From positions 1-12,696 of the IMG/VR virus record IMGVR_UViG_2639763115_000001: a stretch of 12,696 nucleotides of DNA, one strand, 5' to 3'. Below are positions 7,416 through 12,696 of this stretch, piece after piece (position 1 is the stretch's first letter; each line of letters begins with the position of its first letter). A model generated the notes under the pieces. The model made no database searches. It was not told the origin of the DNA and saw only the letters and a list, made by a program, of their open reading frames with translations. Origin of the DNA: a virus. Its lineage: Duplodnaviria; Heunggongvirae; Uroviricota; Caudoviricetes. A program made the translations under genes and the position numbers.

Positions 7416-7538
7416 TCACTTAATAAAACAACTCCATGCGTAGTTGATGATTTTTTCCCACGCAATATAAATCTGCACTCCAGCAGTAAAACCAAAGCCT
7501 ACAATTGCTGAAAAAATCAAAACATTTACTTTTGACAT
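7416..7538 (-). CDS. Small hydrophobic peptide (40 aa, MSKVNVLIFSAIVGFGFTAGVQIYIAWEKIINYAWSCFIK)
   Basis: Not in the ORF track. Weak SD. Stop lies 8 nt before the ATG of the downstream 97-aa gene. Confidence 0.25.
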   Translation of the reverse strand: MSKVNVLIFSAIVGFGFTAGVQIYIAWEKIINYAWSCFIK

Positions 7539-7586
7539 TATAAAATTTCTCTCGGTGTCGTAGGTGATAGCACCATAATTGATAAT

Positions 7587-7919
7587 TTAGTGAGTTAGCA
7601 GCTTCATTTTTTTGATGATTTCCGCATGAGCATCATCGTTATCAACACTTAGCTCGTTTAATGCTTCTCGCACTACATCAACTTCTTCAGGCTGAAAGAA
7701 GTCGTCGCGGTAATCACCAAATAGAACCGAAACCAGCCTGGCACCAGCAACATCAAGATTAGCGCTAACAGGTGGCTCGATATCTCGCCCACAATTCCAG
7801 GCTTTTTGGGCTTCTTCCAGCGTGTAAACATGAGCGCGATCGATATCAGAGCTGTAACCATTGCCGTTATGGCAATGGAATGAAGCGTTATTACCCACAG
7901 TTTCACGCGAGCACATCAT
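7587..7919 (-). CDS. Hypothetical Cys/His-containing protein (110 aa from ATG)
   Basis: Track ORF starts on TTG at 7961 and would overlap the upstream gene by 32 nt. First ATG (MMCSRE…) lies 10 nt after the upstream stop. Cys3, His15, Cys16, His17, Cys43 near the N-terminus. Confidence 0.5.
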   Translation of the reverse strand: MMCSRETVGNNASFHCHNGNGYSSDIDRAHVYTLEEAQKAWNCGRDIEPPVSANLDVAGARLVSVLFGDYRDDFFQPEEVDVVREALNELSVDNDDAHAEIIKKMKLLTH

Positions 7920-7929
7920 GTAAAAACGG

Positions 7930-8511
7930 TTACTCACTGGTTGCCCCCTGAATACGCTCAAACTCGATTACCCAAACCCAGGGATTAGCGTTCCAACTTT
8001 CTTCGCCATAAATTGATTCCCATAGGCTACGGAAACCTGGGTAATGCTTATCGCCAATGAGGGTAAATTCTGTTGGTGCGCCCTCAGCCCTTGCATCGCA
8101 TTCGCTGATATCGTTCAACCGCTCAACGCGCACGTTGGTAATTTCCAGCAAAATGCGCGATGCCCAGCGCGGCATGTGAATTGATGGCGTCCACTTTTCT
8201 GATACTGGCTTATTACAAACCTCAACCGGAACCCGGTGCGTTTGTTCTGTCCAGGAGTTACGCACGCTTGCGCGATAAACCAGCGTTGCGACGTCCGTCG
8301 CTTTGCCATGTACCCGGTAGGTTTCACGAACCCAAATACGATCTCCCGGTTGACCATATGGACAATGTTTAGCAAGCAACTCTGCGGCCACTGCCCGTCC
8401 ATAGAATTTTTCTTCAACAATCCTGCGAGTCTGTGTTTTATTCCCGCCAAGAATTGCCCGGACCATCTCATCGTTGAAAATCATGCCGCGCTCTTTCACT
8501 TCGCCTTTCAT
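7930..8511 (-). CDS. Phage protein, tentatively ASCH-like domain (193 aa)
   Basis: ATG at 8511 with AAGGGGGA SD. The MIFNDEMVRAILGGNKTQTRR … PGDRIWVRETY pattern recalls ASCH-type phage proteins; assignment from memory. Confidence 0.65.
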   Translation of the reverse strand: MKGEVKERGMIFNDEMVRAILGGNKTQTRRIVEEKFYGRAVAAELLAKHCPYGQPGDRIWVRETYRVHGKATDVATLVYRASVRNSWTEQTHRVPVEVCNKPVSEKWTPSIHMPRWASRILLEITNVRVERLNDISECDARAEGAPTEFTLIGDKHYPGFRSLWESIYGEESWNANPWVWVIEFERIQGATSE

Positions 8512-8520
8512 GCATCCCCC

Positions 8521-8607
8521 TTACCCATGCGCGACAATGCCGCCAAAAGTGATAGAGAACAGCCAGAAATAGATCGCGGCCATAATGATTTTGAATGCCG
8601 TGTTCAT
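8521..8607 (-). CDS. Small hydrophobic peptide (28 aa, MNTAFKIIMAAIYFWLFSITFGGIVAHG), first ORF of the operon
   Basis: Not in the ORF track. Consensus AGGAG SD exactly 8 nt upstream of the ATG. Ends 10 nt before the next gene. Confidence 0.3.
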   Translation of the reverse strand: MNTAFKIIMAAIYFWLFSITFGGIVAHG

Positions 8608-8634
8608 ATTTTCAGCTCCTGTGATTGATTGGAT

Positions 8635-8666
8635 ACATGCCGCGCCTTGCGGCATGTTTTTATTTT
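8635..8666 (+). terminator. Strong hairpin (9-bp stem ACATGCCGC/GCGGCATGT, 5-nt loop) followed by TTTTTATTTT on the plus strand; terminator-like in plus orientation, or a 5' UTR stem-loop of the minus-strand operon
   Basis: Read directly. On the minus strand the stem is preceded by an A-tract and has no U-tract, so it would not terminate minus-strand transcription. Confidence 0.45.
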
Positions 8667-8676
8667 CACTTTCTCT

Positions 8677-8706
8677 GTTTTAAAAATCAATATTTATTAG
8701 AGCAAT
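8677..8706 (-). promoter_or_regulatory. C1-repressor-operator-like site ATTGCTCTAATAAATAT (8690-8706) overlapping a putative promoter (-35 TTGCTC, 17-nt spacer, -10 TAAAAC at 8677-8682)
   Basis: 16/17 match to the P1 C1 operator consensus ATTGCTCTAATAAATTT as I recall it. Overlaps the HAD gene stop codon by 1 nt; lies upstream of the 28-aa ORF and ASCH-like gene. Confidence 0.55.
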
Positions 8707-9212
8707 TATTGTTGATGGAGAAGCGCGTTTTCATACTCCCTGACCATTAACGTAAGCACGCCGTGCCTCCTGAAAACACGCGCCACTTCAATCTTATCTT
8801 CCAGCGCGAACGCGATTTTACTTAGACCAATTTTCTTAAGGAGATCAATCTTTGCTGGGCCGTCATTTCTGTCATCGGTGGCAGGACGCATAGATAGCAA
8901 AGGCTCAGCCCCGTTTGTTACGTACTTCCGCAGCCAGGCTCGTGTTTTATCCCTTGCGATCTCACAGCGCCCGGTTACAAACCAGACCGTGTAAACGTTA
9001 AATAACTGGCGCACAATATCAATAACTGGAGTTATGGGAGTATCAGTGTCACAGGCGAGATTAAACTCGTTCCAGTCCTTTGTTAATGCACCTTTACCTG
9101 GTGGCGGAAGCAAATGCAGTCTGTCTTCAGTTGCCTCTGATATTGTTCCATCAATATCAACTATGACGATATACGGACGTTCCTGGTGTGCGTGTTTATT
9201 GAAAATACTCAA
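8706..9212 (-). CDS. HAD-superfamily phosphatase/nucleotidase-like protein (168 aa)
   Basis: Motif I VIVDIDGT near the N-terminus, later T (WFVTGR) and K/DD-like positions. Only in-frame start is TTG at 9212, preceded by strong GAGGAGGG SD. Confidence 0.65.
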   Translation of the reverse strand: MSIFNKHAHQERPYIVIVDIDGTISEATEDRLHLLPPPGKGALTKDWNEFNLACDTDTPITPVIDIVRQLFNVYTVWFVTGRCEIARDKTRAWLRKYVTNGAEPLLSMRPATDDRNDGPAKIDLLKKIGLSKIAFALEDKIEVARVFRRHGVLTLMVREYENALLHQQ

Positions 9213-9230
9213 ATGCCCTCCTCATTGGAC

Positions 9231-9264
9231 GAAAAAAATGCTGGTGGGCGCACTCCACCAGCAT
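9231..9264 (-). terminator. Rho-independent terminator (10-bp stem ATGCTGGTGG/CCACCAGCAT, 7-nt loop, then T7 on the minus strand)
   Basis: Read directly. Lies between the 420-aa gene stop (9285) and the HAD gene start (9212), so it may act as an attenuator. Confidence 0.65.
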
Positions 9265-9284
9265 TAAAAGTGACACTGTAACTG

Positions 9285-10547
9285 TCAGCGAACGTAAATA
9301 GTGCCGCCGTTCTCTTTTTCCCATGCATCGCTACGTGCATAGCAAACATCGAGAAGTCTTCTTGCCGCTGTTTCCTCTAAACCCAATTCGACAACCAACT
9401 GCTCATGACGGCGGGTAACCACATCAAACAGGGTATGCAGCCCTTTAGCTGCCAGATCATCAATAAATTCCGGTTCGAACGGCAGCTCTGCATCTGCCAA
9501 CATAACCTCTTGCGCCCACTCGACACGGCGGACCAGTTCCGGGCGGCGGCTTTCCATCTCTTTACAGATCAATTCATGGAAGAACTCTACCCAACCTTCC
9601 GGCTGGAACTCGCGGAAAATGGCCAGCGGCTGGAAGTTTGGCATCAACCATTCGTTGATTCGGATATCAATGGCATAGCCCATGTCGCAGCAGAACTGAT
9701 AAGCAAAGTCCAGCTTAGAAACGATATAAGGACGCTCGTTATTGAACTCTTTAGGCGATGAGATCCCATAAGCCAGGAGGCGCGGGAAGAAGGAGATTTG
9801 CCCTAACGTCGGATGAAGTTTGCTTGCAGGGAAACGGCGCTCAGTAATGCCATACATTTCCTTCTTGAGCGTCGCAAATTTGGCATTCTCATTAACCAGC
9901 GCGGTAACCTCTGCTTTTTTATTAGCAAATGCCACGCGCGCTTCGCTTGCATCTTTAATAGTTTTTTTGAGCTGTTGGTTAAGATCGGCGACCTGCTTAC
10001 GCAGTTCCTGTCGCTCGCTTTTAGCTTTGTTATAGCGTTTCTCAAGGTTAAAAGGATCAAGTTTCATGATCTCTTTATATTGAGATTTTAGCGTTGAAAT
10101 CTGTGAGTTCCGCAGTTCAACCATCGCGGTCATTTCATTGAGTTTTGTTTCCAGCTCAATGCTTATACGTTCGGCATTATCAGCACGCTGGTTGGCGTCA
10201 TGCGTCGCATCGTCGATCGCGTCCTGTTGCTGGCGTTTCAAATGTTCAATTTGTAGCTGAAGCTCTTCAATTTCTTTACCCTTCAGACCGAGATCCAACT
10301 GCATATTTTCAGCTGCATCTACCAGGGAGTTATGGCTATCAGCTTCTGCGTTATAAACATCAATAAGCTGTGCGTGAAGCATCTCCGCTGACTGAACCGC
10401 ATTATCAAAAAAACGCGCTGTGAGGTCATCACAACTAACGCGGCGTTGCGCGGCCCGGATGTTCTGGATAATGGCTGGGATACCGGCATTCAGGACGTCA
10501 GGGATAGATACATTTTCGATTGATTGGTTTTGTGCTGAAGTGCTCAT
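9285..10547 (-). CDS. Hypothetical protein (420 aa): N-terminal ~230-aa coiled-coil, uncharacterised C-terminal domain
   Basis: Long ORF with ATG start. Heptad-like, charge-rich sequence (…EELQLQIEHLKRQQQDAIDDA…) from the translation. Confidence 0.7.
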   Translation of the reverse strand: MSTSAQNQSIENVSIPDVLNAGIPAIIQNIRAAQRRVSCDDLTARFFDNAVQSAEMLHAQLIDVYNAEADSHNSLVDAAENMQLDLGLKGKEIEELQLQIEHLKRQQQDAIDDATHDANQRADNAERISIELETKLNEMTAMVELRNSQISTLKSQYKEIMKLDPFNLEKRYNKAKSERQELRKQVADLNQQLKKTIKDASEARVAFANKKAEVTALVNENAKFATLKKEMYGITERRFPASKLHPTLGQISFFPRLLAYGISSPKEFNNERPYIVSKLDFAYQFCCDMGYAIDIRINEWLMPNFQPLAIFREFQPEGWVEFFHELICKEMESRRPELVRRVEWAQEVMLADAELPFEPEFIDDLAAKGLHTLFDVVTRRHEQLVVELGLEETAARRLLDVCYARSDAWEKENGGTIYVR

Positions 10548-10548
10548 T

Positions 10549-10767
10549 TCAAAGTTCCGTATTAGCTTGTGCTTCGGTCATTTTTCCTAAGTATGAAGGT
10601 GGAAGGACTACGCAATTTGTATCCAGTCCCTCACCTATGGCAGCCTGTAAAATTCTGGCTAAGGTGAGTCTCTTGTTGCGATACCTGGTGATTACATGCC
10701 TGATACCGCCGGTCGGCGTAACAAAGGCGATCAGCCAGTAGTGATATTTCCGTCGGAATGGCCACAT
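10549..10767 (-). CDS. Hypothetical small protein (72 aa), first gene after the operator/promoter
   Basis: ATG at 10767 with AAGGTG SD 6 nt upstream. Stop is 1 nt before the ATG of the 420-aa gene. Confidence 0.45.
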   Translation of the reverse strand: MWPFRRKYHYWLIAFVTPTGGIRHVITRYRNKRLTLARILQAAIGEGLDTNCVVLPPSYLGKMTEAQANTEL

Positions 10768-10781
10768 AGCGCACCTTGTAG

Positions 10782-10847
10782 ATTGCTCTAATAAAAAACG
10801 TGATGAGTGTACATCACGTTTTAAAAATATGAAATTATTAGAGCAAT
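10782..10847. promoter_or_regulatory. Pair of inverted C1-operator-like sites (10782-10798, plus orientation, 14/17; 10831-10847, minus orientation, 15/17) flanking an 11-bp-stem hairpin (10795-10822) that is a terminator for the upstream gene; putative promoter -35 TTGCTC / -10 TAAAAC on the minus strand
   Basis: Read directly. Outer 12-bp arms ATTGCTCTAATA/TATTAGAGCAAT are perfect inverted repeats. Inner stem AAAACGTGATG/CATCACGTTTT is followed by T6 on the minus strand. Confidence 0.55.
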
Positions 10848-10848
10848 A

Positions 10849-11550
10849 TTATTCTGATTCTCGCTCAAAAAATGAGCTGATAAGGGGAAGCCAATCCTCT
10901 GACACTTCGCGAGGTCGCGGTTTGCCGTGGAAAAAGATTATTCGGCAGTCTTTTGGTAATGCCCCATTCCCCCTGGAGTAACGCGCGCTCGCATATTTTG
11001 AACCAGGTTCCACAACATCGGCCTTGTAACTTACAAACCATCCTGGATACAGATCCTGAAATGCTGGTGTATCATCGCCCATAACCTTTCGTAAGAACCC
11101 CTGGTCACCCCAGCACTCAGTAGTGACACAACGAGAAATCCAACCTTCCGGATCTTGCCAGAATGAACTCCAGATATGCGCTTTTACACTATTTGGTATC
11201 CACAGGGCACCGCTACCACGATATTGTGGATGGTAAAAATCCCTAAGCATGGTGAAGCTGGTTGGTGGATTCTCAAGGATTGGGCGTATATCACCGGCAA
11301 TAACTGTGTCCAAATCCAGATAGAACAGATCATCTGTTATATCCGGTCGGAACAACTCGATTTTCGTCCACCAGCCACGGCACTTTTGCCACTGGTTGAT
11401 CAATGGGACAACTTTGACGCCAGGTACATGTAAACGCTTCAGGTCTGTCAGGCAAATAATTTCATAGCCTTTTGGCAGTTGATTAACCAGCCACTGCACA
11501 TCGGAAGCGTTATAGTCACCACCAGAGCGAAGAACTAAAGCAATCTTCAT
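10849..11550 (-). CDS. Hypothetical protein (233 aa), possibly a GT-A-type glycosyltransferase (DxD-like FYLDLDTV motif)
   Basis: ATG overlaps the ppp stop (ATGA). The functional guess rests only on the DxD-like motif and N-terminal beta-alpha start and is weak. Confidence 0.6.
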   Translation of the reverse strand: MKIALVLRSGGDYNASDVQWLVNQLPKGYEIICLTDLKRLHVPGVKVVPLINQWQKCRGWWTKIELFRPDITDDLFYLDLDTVIAGDIRPILENPPTSFTMLRDFYHPQYRGSGALWIPNSVKAHIWSSFWQDPEGWISRCVTTECWGDQGFLRKVMGDDTPAFQDLYPGWFVSYKADVVEPGSKYASARYSRGNGALPKDCRIIFFHGKPRPREVSEDWLPLISSFFERESE

Positions 11551-12239
11551 GCTGCACCATCACCTTTCACTTTCATCAATGTCAGGTTTCCGCAAAATAC
11601 GGCACCAGTGTCGATATAATGCTGATTCCAGAATGTCTTCGGGCTTTTCACCGGAGTGTGACCAAAGATAAAACGATCTGCGCCCGAAATTTCGCCACCA
11701 ATATCATCCATCGAATCACTGATACGCTCGCGCGCCCAGACAACGTTGAAAAGCGGCACCTCCTTACCGAATTGATATTCATTATCCGGATAGTCGGCAT
11801 GGGCTATAACGATAGTTTCTTGCCCGGTGTTCAACTCAATGATATAGGGCAGTCGTCTTACCAACTCCACCAGCGCCCTGGCTAATATTTCCTGATCAGC
11901 GTCCAGCATGAAGAACCATTGACCGCCATTCATTAGCCAATTATTCACGTTGCCATCAGGACTTAACGCATCAATCATCAGCTGCTCATGGTTGCCCATA
12001 ACCGCTCTGAACCATGGCATCTGCAATAGCTCCAAGCATTTAACATTTTCGGTGCCGCGATCGATAAGGTCGCCGACCGATATCAGTAAATCCTGCGCAG
12101 GGTCAAAATCCACACGATGGAGTTCGGACATCAGTCTGGTGTAGCAACCATGCAGATCACCAACAACCCAGATATTCCTGTATTTGGTACCGTCGATACG
12201 GTGATAAATTGTTGGTGCCATCATGTATTCTTCAGCCAT
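11547..12239 (-). CDS. ppp: Ser/Thr protein phosphatase, lambda-PPase-like metallophosphatase
   Basis: GDLHG, GDLIDRG, GNHE and later His motifs; near-collinear with lambda PPase from the IDG(T/S)[15 protein letters not shown] block onward. Start could be 12239, 12224 or 12221; the last overlaps the upstream stop as TGATG. Confidence 0.9.
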   Translation of the reverse strand: MAEEYMMAPTIYHRIDGTKYRNIWVVGDLHGCYTRLMSELHRVDFDPAQDLLISVGDLIDRGTENVKCLELLQMPWFRAVMGNHEQLMIDALSPDGNVNNWLMNGGQWFFMLDADQEILARALVELVRRLPYIIELNTGQETIVIAHADYPDNEYQFGKEVPLFNVVWARERISDSMDDIGGEISGADRFIFGHTPVKSPKTFWNQHYIDTGAVFCGNLTLMKVKGDGAA

Positions 12240-12565
12240 TCTTTAAGAGTCATCTGCGGAATACCTCCCATTTTCCCGCATGAAACAACGTCAATCTGTT
12301 CACGCGCAGACTGGAATAACAAAGGCAGGTGACTTAGATTTTTTGGCGTGCCGCCGGAATGAACGCGTGGTTCTTGCGTAGCGTCAACGCCCACCAGGGC
12401 TACATGTTTGAATCCGATATGGAAAGCCAGGTTCAGAGCACCATATGCACTATTGCCGCTGGCAATTTCATTCTCATCTTCGCAAAGGCCGAAATGTGCG
12501 GACCAGCGCCACGCCCACCACTCGGGAGAATTCGTATTTTTTGGCTCCGTGCCGCGCTCAGCCAC
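12221..12565 (-). CDS. Hypothetical protein; 5' end uncertain (GTG start at 12565, or a frameshifted/longer gene entering from beyond the window)
   Basis: C-terminal part (…[27 protein letters not shown]…) looks protein-like. A second minus frame is open from the window edge (12696) to 12433 and overlaps it. Confidence 0.35.
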   Translation of the reverse strand: MAERGTEPKNTNSPEWWAWRWSAHFGLCEDENEIASGNSAYGALNLAFHIGFKHVALVGVDATQEPRVHSGGTPKNLSHLPLLFQSAREQIDVVSCGKMGGIPQMTLKEWLKNT

Positions 12566-12696
12566 ACGACGGAAGCACAGAACGCCGTCTCTGACCTCAC
12601 GTTCTTTAACATCGGGTAACCTTTTTTCTGCCCTTCAGCCTTCATTTTCCCGGCGGTTGCTTTTGAACGTTTCCCTCTGAAGTGGTTTACTGAATT

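Noticed and set aside
7673-7906. Hydrophobic 77-aa ORF in an alternate minus frame inside the 7587-7919 gene
   Set aside because: Nested entirely within another ORF in a different frame with no independent SD; hydrophobicity probably reflects codon composition.
8115-8471. 118-aa minus-strand ORF inside the ASCH-like gene in another frame
   Set aside because: Nested alternate frame; the ASCH-like frame has the strong SD and the recognisable motifs.
8236-8628. Plus-strand 130-aa ORF ending just before the 8635-8666 hairpin
   Set aside because: Entirely antisense to the ASCH-like gene and small-ORF region; the translation is Cys/Pro/His-rich and low-complexity, typical of a shadow ORF. The hairpin is reported separately.
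9405-10091. Plus- and minus-strand ORFs (9405-9761, 9813-10091, 9820-10035, 9803-10060) overlapping the 420-aa gene
   Set aside because: All are antisense or alternate-frame shadows of the long coiled-coil ORF, with repetitive low-complexity translations.
12359-12680. Plus-strand ORFs 12359-12619 and 12408-12680 at the right edge
   Set aside because: Antisense to the minus-strand operon, with Ser/Arg/Pro-rich low-complexity translations.
1-12696. Search for tRNA, rRNA, CRISPR repeats, integrase/transposase or terminal inverted repeats
   Set aside because: No tRNA-like T-arm/acceptor pattern, no regularly spaced direct repeats and no recombinase-like ORF seen; the only repeated motif is the operator-like 12-17-mer reported above.

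Overview
This 12.7-kb window reads as an early/accessory segment of a P1-like phage-plasmid from Enterobacteriaceae; that identification comes from protein and operator motifs I recognise by eye, not from any search. Recognisable on the minus strand are the phd-doc addiction module (2582-3183), a pre-processed UmuD'-like gene (humD, 3256-3645) with a near-consensus LexA box at 3663-3682, a DNA pol III theta homolog (hot, 4402-4653) and a lambda-PPase-like Ser/Thr phosphatase (ppp, 11547-12239). Three 17-bp sequences match the P1 C1-repressor operator consensus and sit on two look-alike TTGCTC-N17-TAAAAC promoters heading long minus-strand operons of mostly uncharacterised genes (HAD-like phosphatase, 420-aa coiled-coil protein, ASCH-like protein, membrane proteins, and small hydrophobic ORFs absent from the ORF track). 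The left end (1-2400) is the best candidate for undescribed cargo: a plus-strand pair (very acidic 69-aa protein and a 283-aa protein, separated by a TATAAT plus 13-bp perfect inverted repeat) converging on a Cys/His-motif gene that appears frameshifted. I found no rRNA, tRNA, CRISPR array, integrase or transposase. Starts were checked codon by codon; several track ORFs begin on GTG/TTG and were trimmed to an ATG with a Shine-Dalgarno (SD) where noted.
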